From Octopus sinensis (lineage: Eukaryota), in assembly GCF_006345805.1 (NCBI RefSeq), contig NC_043014.1, forward strand, positions 15,252,001-15,316,000: a stretch of 64,000 bases of DNA. The letters are read 5' to 3'. How positions within the stretch are numbered: position 1 is the first letter of the stretch; each line of letters begins with the position of its first letter. The notes under the pieces are model-generated. The model saw only the letters and a program-made list of their open reading frames with translations, was not told where the DNA came from and did no database searches. The position numbers and the translations under genes are program-made. Below are positions 12,466 to 24,542 of the stretch, piece after piece.

Positions 12466-12489
12466 TTATATATATATATATCACATGAT

Positions 12490-12598
12490 CACATGACTGA
12501 CCAGACCATCAGATGTTGCTACACATCGCTGGTCACAATGCGTTCGCATTGTTTTAGCCTTTGAACGACGCCACCCCGCTGGCTAAGTGAGCAGGCCA
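12490..12598 (-). mobile_element. SINE tail fragment shared with 55770-55870
   Basis: Reverse complement of cattgtgatcagcgatgtataacaacatc at ~55830. Confidence 0.55.
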
Positions 12599-13164
12599 AT
12601 ATATTATATATATATATATATATATATAGATATAATATATTATAGATATGCATGTATATATGTGTGTGTGTGCATGTGTGTATATATATATATATATACA
12701 CTAAGTAAGTTAGGGGTTGTTGATCCAACCCACTAAGGGATAATATTTATCCAATATACTGTTGGTATAATACCCAAATTATTAAAACACAAGTGTTTTT
12801 AATAGCATTGCAATTAAGTTACTTAGTGTATTACATGGGTGAAGGTAAAGAGATATTTTACCATTAATTTATAATACTAATAAAAAAATGGACAAACAAT
12901 TTAGTTGGTTATCAGCTTTCGGATATTAGAATATTGACTTATTTATTTATTTAACAAAGACGAGAACCTTAATAACATACCAATATACATTATAATTCAA
13001 TACATATAAGATAAGAATACAATTATAAAAATCTTAATATAAATTATTGAAATCATTAAAATCACTCCTACAGCTGTTTCAGCCTATGGAAAATTTTAAT
13101 AAGGGTGAAAAATTGAATATCAATTTAAAACCAGTGGTCAGAAAAATTATATTATATACATATA

Positions 13165-13299
13165 AGAGGGGGATGCCCACTACATGGACATCAATTATGC
13201 TAGAAGTAGATCCACTATGGTCTTACCACTTTCTTAGTGGCAAGACCATAGCGGATCTACTTCTAACATAATGGATGTCCATGTAGTGGCCATCCCTCT
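13165..13299. mobile_element. Palindromic hairpin MITE with TA flanks
   Basis: ~65-bp arms around a 5-nt loop (13231-35); TA at 13163-64 and 13300-01; terminus agaggg.atg resembles mariner TIRs. Confidence 0.65.
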
Positions 13300-13301
13300 T
13301 A

Positions 13302-13558
13302 CATCATCATCATCATCATTTAACGTCCGCTTTCCATGCTAGCATGAGTTGGACAGTTCAACAGGGGTCTGGGAAGCCAGAAGGCTGCACCAGGCCCAGT
13401 CTGATCTGGCAAGTTTCTACAGCTGGAGGCCCTTCCTAACGCCAACCACTCCATGAGTGTAGTGTGTGCTTTTTACATGCCAGACGTGGCTGGCAAACGG
13501 CCAAGATCGGATGGTGCTTTTTACGTGCCACTGGCACGGAGACCAGACGAAGCTGGCA
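13302..13558 (-). mobile_element. Family C element
   Basis: (cat)n-ttaacgtccgctttccatgctagcatg...gtgctttttacgtgcca. Confidence 0.85.
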
Positions 13559-13767
13559 TGTATGTATGTATGTATGTATATATATATATATATATTTAGA
13601 ATAATGAGGTAGTCAGAATGTTGGACGATTATATATATATTTTTATTTAAATTTATGTAAACAGATGTGAATAAAAAATATATAATATTAAGACTACCTT
13701 ATTATTCTAAATATACAATATCTGTACATCACTTCAAAACTCTCTCCTCTCTCCGTATATATATATA

Positions 13768-13819
<52 letters not shown>

Positions 13820-13883
13820 ATATACACAGTAGGAGACACTGGGTGTCTCCTACTATACTTCAAGCCACCCCAAGACTTGTGAG

Positions 13884-14007
13884 ATTGATAGAATAAGTAC
13901 TAGGCTTACAAAGAATAAGTCCTGGGGTCGATTTGCTCGACTAAAGGCAGTGCTCCACCATGGCCACAGTCAAATGACTGAAACAAGTAAGAATAAAGAG
14001 TAAAGAG

Positions 14008-14038
<31 letters not shown>

Positions 14039-14175
14039 CAGGCTTCTTTCAGTTTCCATCTACTAAATCCACTCACAAGGCTTTGGTTGGCCCGAGACTA
14101 TAGTAGAAGACACTTGCCCAAGGTGCCACACAGTGGGACTGAACCTGGAACCATGTGGTTGGGAAGCAAGCTTCT

Positions 14176-14177
<2 letters not shown>
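13884..14177. mobile_element. SINE A tail (+, 13884-14007) and head (-, 14037-14177)
   Basis: Family A sequence in opposite orientations separated by (TA)n. Confidence 0.8.
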
Positions 14178-14206
<29 letters not shown>

Positions 14207-14304
14207 ACAGAGAGAGTTTTTGAAGTGATGTACAGATATTGTGTATTCATAATAAGGTAGTCTTAAATTATATATTTTTTATTCACATCTGTTTACATAA
14301 ATTA

Positions 14305-14335
<31 letters not shown>

Positions 14336-14337
14336 AT

Positions 14338-14502
14338 GGTGGGCTTCTTTCAGTTTCCATCTACCAAATCAATCCCTTCACAAGGCTTTGGTTAACCCAG
14401 GGATATAGTTTAAGACACTAGCTCAAGCTGCCATGCAGTAGAACAGAACCAAGAACCATGTAGCTACAAAGCAAGATTCTTACCACACAACCATGCCTGC
14501 AC
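14338..14502 (-). mobile_element. SINE family A head, diverged
   Basis: gggcttctttcagtttccatctacc...cttaccacacaaccatgcctg. Confidence 0.75.
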
Positions 14503-14989
14503 CTATCACATACGTATATGTGGCATGCATGCATGCAAGCGTGTGTATGTGTGTATGAATACAGAGTGAACGCACCTTTCTCAAACGCACAAATATATGC
14601 CACACATTTAATCACAGTATAATAGTACAAAATACTACGTTTATAAATGTATTATAAATAGTACATCAAGACAGTGGTGAAGAGCATCAGTAGCACACCT
14701 TAAACACACACACAGACACACAGCTGGGAGTAGTGGTGTAAGTGGATGGCGATTGTTGGTACATGTATACAGTGGAGTCTATGCTGGCTGTGTGTGTGTG
14801 TGTTTGTGAAACATTTTTAGCAGGGGAAACGAGAACACGGCTGTATCAAAAAATAAACACCATATGTTTAAAATGCAATCTATAAAGTTTATAAATAGGG
14901 AAGGTGAAATTGTAGAATTTGTAGAAGTCACTGAATGGCATGGTATGCACTATATACATATATCTATGAGAATATGTTGTATATTGAGC

Positions 14990-15221
14990 ATGTGTATATA
15001 TATATATATATGTGTGTGTGTGTATATATATATGTGTGTGTATATATATATATGTGTGTGTGTATATATATATATGTGTGTGTGTGTATATATATATGTG
15101 TGTGTGTATATATATATGTGTGTGTATATATATATATGTGTGTGTGTTATATATATATATGTGTGTGTATATATATATATGTGTGTGTGTATTATATATG
15201 TTGTGTGTATATATATATATA

Positions 15222-15269
<48 letters not shown>

Positions 15270-15272
15270 TAC
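14990..15272. repeat. Higher-order (TA)n(TG)n compound microsatellite, ~20-24 bp period
   Basis: Alternating TA and TG runs, roughly ten cycles. Confidence 0.9.
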
Positions 15273-15277
15273 ATATA

Positions 15278-15707
15278 TCATCGTCATCGTTTAACGTCCG
15301 TTCTCCATGCTAGCATGGGTTAGACGATTTGACCGGGGATCTGGGAAGCCAGAAGGCTGCACCAGGCTCCAGTCTTATCTGGCAATGTTTCTACAGCTGG
15401 ATGCCCTTCCTAATGCCAACCACTCCGTGAGTGTAGTGGGTGCTTTTTACGTGCCACCCGCACAGGTGCCAGGCGAGGCTGGCAACGGCCACGGTCGGAT
15501 TGGTGCATTTTACGTGCCACCGGCACGGAAGCCAGTCGAGGTGGAGCTGGCATCGGCCACGATTCGGATAGTTCTTTTTACGTACCACCAGTCCAGGGTT
15601 CCTGGCATCTGCCGGGTGCCAGTCATAGGATTGGTTCAATTTTAATTCCGATTTCGATTTCACTTGCCCCAACATGTCTTCGCAAGCAAAGGGGGTTGGC
15701 ATGGGTA
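15278..15707 (-). mobile_element. Long family C element with tandem internal subunits
   Basis: Three ~65-bp subunits containing ttttacgtgccacc (15446, 15509, 15577) ahead of the (GAT)n tail. Confidence 0.85.
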
Positions 15708-15734
15708 TATATATAGACATATATATATACACAT

Positions 15735-15767
<33 letters not shown>

Positions 15768-15785
15768 CATATATACATATGTACA

Positions 15786-16730
15786 TTTTTACTTGTCTCA
15801 AATCATTTTGATTGTGACCATGCTGGAGCACTGCCTTTTAGTTGAAGAAATCAATCCCTGGACTTATTCTTTGTAAGCTTGGTTCTTATTCTATTGGTCT
15901 CTTCAGCCGAACCGCTAAGTTACAGGGACGTAAACACACCAAGATTGGTTGTCAAGCAATGGTGGAGGGACAAATACAAACACAGTACATATATATACCC
16001 ACACATATACATATACATAGTATAAATGTATACATATATACATACACACACACACACATATTAGAGAGAGAGACAGACAGAGAAGGGCACGCACCCATGC
16101 AGCTGTGTGATTGAGAAGTTTGCTTCCCAACCACACACTTCTAAGTTCAGTCCCACCGCATGGCACCCTGGGCAAGTGTCTTCCACTATAGCGCTAGGCC
16201 AACAAAACCAGATTTGGTGGACAAAAACTGAAAGAAGCCCATCATAAAACAGACCAAAAATTCCTTTACCTCAACATGTGACCATCCCTGACCAATCAAT
16301 CTGTACATTAGGTTATAGCATTCTCTTTAAGACAAATGGTTTTTAGAACAATGGCCAAATCAAATGTGAAATCAATTAAGCATTTATATATTCCTTATTC
16401 TGTTATACTTTAACTTGTTTCAGTCATCTGCTGGAGCACTGCCTTAAAAGGTTTTTTAGTCAAAGAAACTGACCCCAAGACTTATTCTTTGTAAGCCTAA
16501 TACTTATTCTATTGGTCTCTTGTGCCGTTAAGTTATAGAGACATAAACACACCAACATCGGTTGTCAAGTGGTGGTGAGGGGACAAACACACACATGATG
16601 GCTTCTTTTGGTTTCCGTTTACCAAATCTGAGAAAGCTTTGATTGGCCTGAGGCTATAGTAAAAGATGCTTGCCCAAGGTATCATGCAGTGGGACTGAAC
16701 CTGGAACCATGTGGTAGGAAAGCAAGCTTC
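15786..16730. mobile_element. SINE A cluster: 3' half (-) 15786-15982, head (+) 16086-16243, near-full (-) 16405-16730
   Basis: Family A motifs, diverged. Confidence 0.75.
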
Positions 16731-16843
16731 TCTACTTGTTATGTAATTATGTTGACATTTTGCCGAAATAAATGATTATATGTCTTATAAAACTTACTAC
16801 ACCTGTTTTTTGCTTATCATTTATTCTCCCTTCCCATCTCTTT

Positions 16844-16893
<50 letters not shown>

Positions 16894-17305
16894 AATCAGA
16901 AAATGGAGAAGTACTGATGAACAACAATTGACTTACATCAATTATTATTTATTAATTCAATACAAATAGACTGCATCCCTTCTAACAGCTGTTTCTGCTC
17001 CCAATTTTGTATAGTATTATCATTGATATGCAAAAATATTTATCATATTTGGTAATAAAACCAATCTGAAACAAGGAGCTTCTTTAAATTCTTATTCTTG
17101 ATAAACCCATGTTTATCCTTGTCTTTACCTACAATTTATGAGCATAATATGTTTGCATATGTATGCCCATGGTTAAATATAGGTAATATACCGGTAGTAT
17201 AATGAATACTTCTATCCCTTAGATGGTTACTTTAACCTCTAACTCAACTAACCTATATATATGTAAGAGTAGTATAGTTTTCCTGAAGCATTATCTCATA
17301 TATAT

Positions 17306-17795
17306 CTTTTACCTTTTACTTGTATCAGTCATTGGAGTGTGACCATGCTGGGGCACTGCTTTGAAGAATTTTAGTCAAACGAACTGACTCCAAAGTTATT
17401 CTTTCTTTTTTAGCCTGGTACTTATTTTATTGGTCTCTTTACTAAGCACTGCTAATTTACAGGGATGTAAACAAACCAACATTGGTTGGCAAGAGATGAA
17501 GGAGGTCAGAGACACAAAGATGCACACACATATATATATATAGATCTAGATATATAGATATAGATATGCATACATACAATGGGCTTCTTTCAATTTTATA
17601 TTTGAGAGATGAGGAATTATTTACATTATTTACATTTGACGGATATTTGTCCTCATCGTGTTTGTTGTTCTAATCTACTCACAAGGTTTTGGTCAGCTTG
17701 AAGCTATAGTAGAAGACATTTGCCCAAGGTGCCACACACTGGGACTGAACCTGGAACCATGTGCTTGGGAAGCAAGCTTCCTGCCACACAGCCTC
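17306..17795 (-). mobile_element. SINE family A interrupted by a Penelope-like fragment (17598-17670)
   Basis: Head split by ttatttacattatttacatttgacggatatttgtcctcatc, the reverse complement of sequence following the 34107 hammerhead. Confidence 0.75.
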
Positions 17796-18355
17796 ACACA
17801 CACACACACACACACATGTATGTATGTATGTATGTACGTACATACATACATACATGCACACATACATACATATGTATGTATGTGCGTGCATTTGTTCAGT
17901 TTTCAGTGGGGCTGAACTCAAAACCATGTGGTTAGGAAGCAAGCGTCTTAAACCACGCAGCCACACCATCTCCTGTCCATGAATGCACCTTGATATAAAT
18001 ATTGAAAAAAATGTCTCATCATTTGAAATGAGGCTAATAGTCAGAACATATTAATTGAATTAACGATAACTTATTTCAGACACCAGGCACCAGACATCTT
18101 GACCTTTAATAATAAATGGATGTCGTAGAACTTGTGTGTTTTTGGATAGAGACCGTTGTTTGTGTACGAGTTTGTGTGTATTTGCAATATTGCAAAACAC
18201 TAGTAAATGCTTTGTCAACTGTATTGAATGGGGAACACACAATCCCGTAATCCGGAACTGGCAAAGTGTTAAATATGTCGCTGTTGTTATTTCCCCTCTC
18301 TCTTGTAATAAATAACATTGGCACACACACACACACTCACACACACACACACACA

Positions 18356-18399
<44 letters not shown>

Positions 18400-18909
18400 G
18401 AACTAATGAAACTATTAGTTGTAATAAAAAGAAAACCTCTTAACCAGGATATTAGTGAGAAAAAGAAGACGAAAAAACGAAAATTAACAGGAAATCTGTT
18501 TATCTCTTTTAAAGTTGAGGACTTGGACATTCAAAGACTCAGGAACTCTCAACTAATAAAAGAACACATCTCAAGAAGTGTTTAAATTTACACAAAACAA
18601 AGAGAGAAAAAAAGAAGATATTTAAGTGATCTTAATCGAAGAGAAAGTAAGAGGAGAAAAGAAAAGGAAAACAGGACTTTCTATAGAAACAATGATTTTT
18701 TTTGTATTGGCACAAGGCCATATGTTTTGAAGGATAGTCAAGTGGATTGATCTCTAAGACAGGAAAAGAAAAATCAACATCAACAAAAGAACACTAGAGA
18801 ACAAAGAAAAAAACTAAATGATGGTCTCATGCAGGGCCCTGTTAAAAGCATCAGGGCTCTCCTTTAATCATGACACAGGTTCATATTTATGAATTAAAGA
18901 ACACTTTGT

Positions 18910-19073
18910 AGGTGCAGGTTTGGTTGTGTGGTAAGAAGTTTGCTTCCCAACAAGAAGGTGCTCAGTTCAGTCCTACTGTGTGCAACTTTGAGCAAGTATT
19001 TTCTACTATAATACTGAGCCCAGCCAAAGCCTTGTGAGTGGATTTGGTAGACAGAAGCTGAAAGAAGCCCATC
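18910..19073 (+). mobile_element. SINE family A head
   Basis: ggttgtgtggtaagaag...cagttcagtcct...ctgaaagaagccc. Confidence 0.75.
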
Positions 19074-19221
19074 ATATGTATGTGCCTATGTGTGTGTGTG
19101 TGTGTGTTTGCATGTGTGTGTTTGCGTATGTGTGTTGATTTTTCCTTGCGTTGTCATTGTATGATATAAACAAGTGCAACTGGTCTTAGTTTCAAATCTT
19201 CCATAAAAATGTCTGGTTGTT

Positions 19222-19365
19222 GGGGATATATTATTACCTCACTTGAAAACAAGTAAGGGTTGGCAACAGGAAAGGTGTCCAGTCATAGAAATCTACCTCA
19301 ACAAATTCTGTTGAACCCATGCAAGTATGAAAAATGTGGATGTTAAAAAACAATGATGACAATGA
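19222..19365 (+). mobile_element. Family C tail, diverged
   Basis: gggttggcaacaggaaaggtgtccag...acccatgcaagtatgaaaa...gttaa. Confidence 0.6.
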
Positions 19366-19455
19366 TAATGAAAGCCAGCCTATAAAAGCACTTTGCTTTG
19401 TTTGACACGCTACCATTTCTGCTTTGAACTAATCCTCTTAGGGCTGTCTTTAAAA

Positions 19456-19998
19456 CCCTTTTGATACCAAACTGCCTAAGACCAACTCATGGTTCTATGA
19501 TAAAATCTTCCCATTTTAAAATGATGCATGGCTTAGTGGTTAAAGCGTCGGACTCACAGTCATGAGGTATGAGTTTGATACCCAAACCAGGCTGTGTGTT
19601 GTATTCTCGAGCAAGACACTTTATTTCACGTTGCTCCAGTTCACTCAGCTGTAGAAATGAGCTGCGATGTCACTGGCCCAAGCTGTATCGGCCCCTTTGC
19701 CTTCCCTTTGGATAACATCAGTGGTGCAGAAAAGGGAGGCTGGAATGCATGATTGACTGCTGATCTTCCATAAACAACCTTACCCGGATTTGTACCTTGC
19801 AGGGTAACTTTCTAGGTGCAATCCCATAGTCATTCATGACCAACGGATGTCTTTTCCTCTATGCATACATTAAAACCTTCCATGAACATTTTATGTTAAT
19901 TTATGTTCCAAATGCCAGTTTAATAACAACAAAGTTATTTCACTGAATTCTTCATTCTTTTCAAAATCCATTGAAGCAGAAATATGTTCATAGAAGGG
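19456..19998. mobile_element. piggyBac-type MITE interrupted by a SINE
   Basis: ccctttt...gaaggg|ttaa termini; internal sequence resembles the 23575 MITE. Confidence 0.6.
19526..19858 (+). mobile_element. SINE family D (tRNA head plus gagcaagacactttatttcacgttgctccagttcactcagctg)
   Basis: A-box tggcttagtgg, B-box-like gagtttgatacc; related pieces at 53831 and 55715. Confidence 0.75.
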
Positions 19999-20057
19999 TT
20001 AATAGTGGTGTGTATCCGTAGTAAGCACTTTAGAACAAACGGTAATTGCAAGATGAA

Positions 20058-20320
20058 CTGTGTCAGTGAACAGAGACAGTGATCTGTATCAATGAATCAA
20101 ATTGGTGAACTGTGTCAGTGAGCCAGGTTATTCAGCTGTGTCAGTGAACAGAGACAGTGATCGAAGTCAGTGATCTGTATCAATGATTCAAATCAGTGAA
20201 CTGTGTCAGTGAGCCAGGTTATTCAGCTGTGTCAGTGAAAAAGGACAGTGAATGAAGTCAGTGATCTGTATCAATGAATCAAATTGGTGAACTGCATTAG
20301 TGAACCAAATTCACGAGCTG
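20058..20320. repeat. Minisatellite, ~78-91 bp unit x ~3, rich in CAGTGA
   Basis: Units start at 20058, 20136 and 20227. Confidence 0.8.
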
Positions 20321-20589
20321 TTTTAGTGAGTTGTATCAGAGAGTCTAGATAGTGAACCAAGTAAGTGAGATGGCTTCAATGCTCTTAATAATACACTTGA
20401 CATGAGCATCATTGCTTCCAATTTGAACTCTTCGTAAAGCAGCTCAAAGTAATCAGGTGCTTTTTGGATAGTTTGAGGAGACTGTGTTGATGGCCTTCTC
20501 AGGCTCTCAAGAGGCAGGTGAGATTAACACAAGTATATATTCCTTGTGTACAGCTGCAAGTTGACAGTTGATAGAAAGGCAATTGTAAG

Positions 20590-21150
20590 GGACGGGGCAA
20601 GTTAATTACATCAACCCTAGGGTTCAACTGACTTATTTTATTGACCCCTTTACCCCAAAATTTCAGGCACAAGACCTGAAATTTTTAGGCAAAGTGTTAG
20701 TACATTACATCAACTCACCAATGTTCATCTGGTACTTATTTCATCAACTCTGAAGATATGAAATGCAAAGTTGACCACAGCAGAATTTTGAACTCAGAAA
20801 GTAAAGACATACGAAATGCTGATAAGCATTTTGTCTGGCATGTTGACAATTCCTCTAGCTTGCTGCTTTGATAATGGCTTCATAATAATAGCATAAGACC
20901 ACAAATCAGTAAGAGATTCATGCATTAAAGGTTTAATTAATTAATTGGTAATTCTCCTTTTTCTCTGTGTGTCTTATAAATTTGTTTCAAATTTTCATGA
21001 GGAGAGGGATTAGTCAGTTACATCAGCCCCAGTACTCAACTGGTACTTATTTTATCTATCCTAGAAGGATGAAGGGTAAATTACATCTCAGTAAAATTTC
21101 AACTCAGAACATAGCCACAAGGGATGCCACTAAGCCTTTTGTTTGAAGTG
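20590..21150 (-). mobile_element. Cluster of diverged SINE B copies
   Basis: ctggtacttattt...gcaaagttgacc...gaactcagaa at ~20730-20800 and ~21040-21110. Confidence 0.65.
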
Positions 21151-21944
21151 CTAGCAGCCCTGCAAGGGGTTAGTTGATTAAATCTAATTCTAACTCTAAT
21201 ATCAGATTGGCACTTTATTTTTACCAGCCCTGATAGATGAAGAAGGAAAGAAGGGATGATGGAAATTCTATGGTGAAGAAAAATCAAACAGCATTTCAAC
21301 TTTGTGTGAGTATATGTAAATAGGAGGTATGTGAATGTGTGTGTGTGTGGTGTGTGTGTGTACAATGAAAGTGGGATGGTGAACATTCAACACTAAAAAT
21401 AAAAATCAAACAGCCTTTCAACTCTGTCTGAATATGTGTGCATGTACAAAGGAAATATGTGTGAATCGGGATTCTTTCAGTAACAAACGATGATTGATGT
21501 CATATCTCAAAATTTGAATTAATTTGAATTACTATCCATATTATATCTTTTGTCCTTATTTATATATAAAATACTACAATTAGCCAGCTAGTATAATATA
21601 ATATATCAGGTCTGATAAAAAAATAGGACTGTTATTATGGTAACAGATTGAAGCTACTGGGCATAGATTGACCTTGAACTCTGTTGCATATGCACACTAA
21701 GTTATAATATCCTCATTCACTTCCATTGTTTGTAGCATTACTTGGAAGTAAAGAGTGTAGAATGTGATCATCTCAAAAAAGATTAGGTTTCAGTAGCACA
21801 GGATATCCTTGACTGCATCAAGAAAGATGAAAACTTTTAGAAAACTTTTAGAGGGGAGGCAAATGATGGGTCTATAGCTATGACCGTTAAATCAAGGCTC
21901 AGTTCTTTTTTTTTTTTTACAGTGGAATACCCACAAGGCATCAA

Positions 21945-22050
21945 GGAAAATGCCTTTCATCCTTTTGGGGTCAATAAAATAAGTACTAGTGAAACACTGG
22001 AGTCAATCCTTCCCCTACAATTTCAGCCCTTGTGCCTACAGTAGAATGGA
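21945..22050 (+). mobile_element. SINE family B, 3' part
   Basis: gcctttcatccttttggggtcaataaaataagtactag. Confidence 0.7.
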
Positions 22051-22084
22051 TTATTATTATTATCATCATCATTATTATTTTTTG

Positions 22085-22363
22085 CAATACACACCATCAA
22101 AGTGACACTGGTGAACAAATATGTGACACACAATATACCCATCATGACTACTCATCTGATAAGGGTGCACCAGGCACATGTGTGTGACATGAAGACCTGA
22201 TATTAAGTTAAATAGCACATGACATTGCAGGTAGGGGGGGGGGCAGTTAGAATTTTCTTTAGGTCAAGTAGCCCATCCTGCTCAAAAGGTCTTTGAATAA
22301 GGGTTGTTTAACCCTTCTGATGCCAACCCAGCTGAAACCGCCTCTGGCTCTGTAGTACAAATG
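22085..22363 (-). mobile_element. Family F fragment plus left end of TTAA MITE (duplicate of 23410-23625)
   Basis: Shares the same junction gaataagggtt.tttaacccttt and private substitutions with the 23410 copy. Confidence 0.75.
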
Positions 22364-22727
22364 CAATGAGGTAGCTGCTCATTATCCCAAACCAGAGGAG
22401 TTGTGAGAATGCTTCCATCAATGGAACCAATGCTGAGATAAAGGGTGTGGCTTCAGAACAGGACTACTTTGAAGGAGATTAAATATGCCAAACAAACTGA
22501 TATGCATTGTAGTTTTCTTTTCATAATCCCAGTTCTCATCATTTTTCATCAGACCTCATAATATGATACTGGGAGTAGCCATAGAGTAAAAACAAAAGAA
22601 ACTATCTCAAGATTTAATAAGGAGGAGTGTGGAGTGGAGGCAATCTTAAGTAGTCAACAGTAGGAAGACACTGCATGCTGTTTCTATTTAGCTCTTCAGA
22701 TGTCCATTTGCTGAGATAGCCAATCTC

Positions 22728-22760
<33 letters not shown>

Positions 22761-22886
22761 ATATATATATATATTATATATTATATATATATAGTTAACC
22801 CAAACATGAAAACACAAAGAGAAAACACAACAACGTGGAACAAATATAGTATTATTGGACGCTCAGGAAGGAAGGAAAGAAGGAGG

Positions 22887-22921
22887 GTTTAATGTTTCGA
22901 GCGGAGCTCTTCGTCAGAAAC
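22887..22921 (-). ncRNA. Minimal type I hammerhead motif in Penelope-like end (22790-23005)
   Basis: gttt-CTGACGA-A-GAGC-tcc-GCTC-GAAAC-AT-T-aaac; G16.2 appears changed to A (CpG decay). Confidence 0.65.
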
Positions 22922-22988
22922 ATAGGAAAAGGAAAGATCCAAAGAAGGGAAGACGGAGGGAAAAAATCGCCAACGGTACACACGCGGT

Positions 22989-23021
<33 letters not shown>

Positions 23022-23119
23022 CTGTCCTTCTTGTTTCCCACACTGACTTTTCAGATTAAGAAAGACAGTTCTGGGAGTGTTTTTATTTGTGCATGTATAC
23101 ATGAATGTGTGTGAATATG

Positions 23120-23400
23120 TTCGTGTGTGTGTGTGTGTGTTTTAATGATGAGGAAGCAGTGGTGGTGGTGGTGGTAGTATTTGTAGTAGTAGCAGCAACA
23201 GCAGCTGTTGCAGCTATGTTAGAAGTGGTGGTGATGGTCGCAGTGGTAGTAGTAGTGATGGCAGCAGTGGTGGTGATGGTAGTAATAGGGATGATAGTGG
23301 TGTGAGTAGTATGGGTTCTGGTGGTGGTGGCTGTAGTAGAAGTAATAATAGTAGTGGTGGGGGCAGTGGTTGTGGTAGTAGTGGTGCTGGTATTATCAAG
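23120..23400. repeat. (GGT)/(AGT)/(AGC) trinucleotide tract
   Basis: Degenerate triplet repeats; explains the poly-T/V ORFs. Confidence 0.85.
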
Positions 23401-23409
23401 ATGGCAAGG

Positions 23410-24020
23410 CGATAAGGGTGCACAAGGCACAGGCTTCATTACCATATGTGTGTGACATGATGACCTGATATTAAGTTAAACAGCACATGACATTGCAGGT
23501 AGGGCCCAGTTAGAATTTTCTTTAGGTCAAGTAGCCCATCCTGCTCAAAAGGTCTTTGAATAAGGGTTCTTTAACCCTTTTGATATCAACCTGTTTGAAA
23601 CCGCCTCTGGCTCTGTAGTACAAATGTCTTGTTTTCATAAGTTTTAAATTAAAATCTTCCACCAAACCTTAGTCACAATTTATGTTCCTAACACCAGCTT
23701 AATGATAACTAAGTTATTTTACTAAATTCTTTGTTATATTTAAAATTAATTGAAAGAAACACAGAGCATCTCAAAATAAATGTGGTAACGGAAGGTTTAA
23801 GGATGATGAACAAAACACCCATGTTTCCAGAGATGAATTATCCAAACTCCAAAGAATTCCTCTCAACACATAGTTATGATGCTCCCCCACTACTTCTGCT
23901 TGTGATCAGAGATGCACATATCGTCAGCCATTAAGGGACATGGTCAACTGGTTATGGTCAAACAACTGACAAGCAAATCTGTGGTATTGAGCAGAATACT
24001 TGCGGTAGCCCATCTTTTAT
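23410..24020 (-). mobile_element. Family F copy split by a TTAA MITE
   Basis: Collinear with 11170-11544 once 23575-23800 is removed. Confidence 0.8.
23575..23796. mobile_element. piggyBac-type MITE, 222 bp, TTAA target duplication
   Basis: TTAA at 23571-74 and 23797-800; the empty site gtttaaggacg is visible at ~11326-11336; imperfect TIR ccctttt.gatatc / gtaacggaaggt. Confidence 0.8.
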
Positions 24021-24130
24021 ACCAAGACAAAACAATGTACATGATAACACTGCCAATTAGTTACAATCTGAAGTCATGAAAGCCACTGCATGGTACTGCA
24101 TCAGAGAGTAGTAGCAGTAATTTTTGTTGT

Positions 24131-24542
24131 TACTCTCTTTTACTCTTTTACTTGTTTCAGTCATTTGACTGCGGCCATGCTGGAGCACCACCTTTAGTCA
24201 AGCAAACCGACCCCGGGACTTATTCTTTGTAAGCCCAGTACTTATTCTATCGGTCTCTTTTGCCGAACCGCTAAGTGACGGGGACGTAAACACACCAGCA
24301 TCGGTTGTCAAGCAATGCTAGGGGGACAAACACAGACACACAAACATATACACACACATACATATATATATACATATATACGACAGGCTTTTTTACAGTT
24401 TCCGTCTACCAAATCCTCTCACAAGGCATTGGTCGGCCCGAGGCTATAGCAGAAGTCACTTGCCCAAGATGCCACGCAGTGGGACTGAACCCGGAACCAT
24501 GTGGTTGGTAAGCAAGCTACTTACCACACAGCCACTCCTGCG
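24131..24542 (-). mobile_element. SINE family A, full-length, young (CpGs intact)
   Basis: Near-consensus; near-identical to 45183 and 51479 copies. Confidence 0.95.

Larger units (their letters stand above)
21606..22558 (+). mobile_element. Internally deleted mariner relic with nested insertions
   Basis: TIRs tcaggtctgataaaaaaa / atttttcatcagacctca with TA on both sides; C-terminal remnant FHQWNQC*DKGVASEQDYFEGD* at ~22410-22482. Confidence 0.7.

Noticed and set aside
13065-13110. GAAACAGCTGTA half-motifs (13070 -, 16985 -, 28681 +)
   Set aside because: Only the 3' half is present with no intact CUGANGA partner; at most truncated Penelope-like ends.
14846-15323. Long ORFs on both strands (YI/VC/HT-rich), and similar ones at 26794, 30990, 35431 and 40811
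   Set aside because: Translations of di- and trinucleotide microsatellites or purine tracts, which lack stops by composition.
18060-18356. 98-aa minus-strand ORF in unique-looking DNA
   Set aside because: Starts in (CA)n, has no recognisable domain and no convincing splice pair.
20058-20320. CRISPR-like array, also considered for 15440-15600 and 25960-26170
   Set aside because: The spacers are homologous to each other, units are few, the context is eukaryotic and there are no cas genes.
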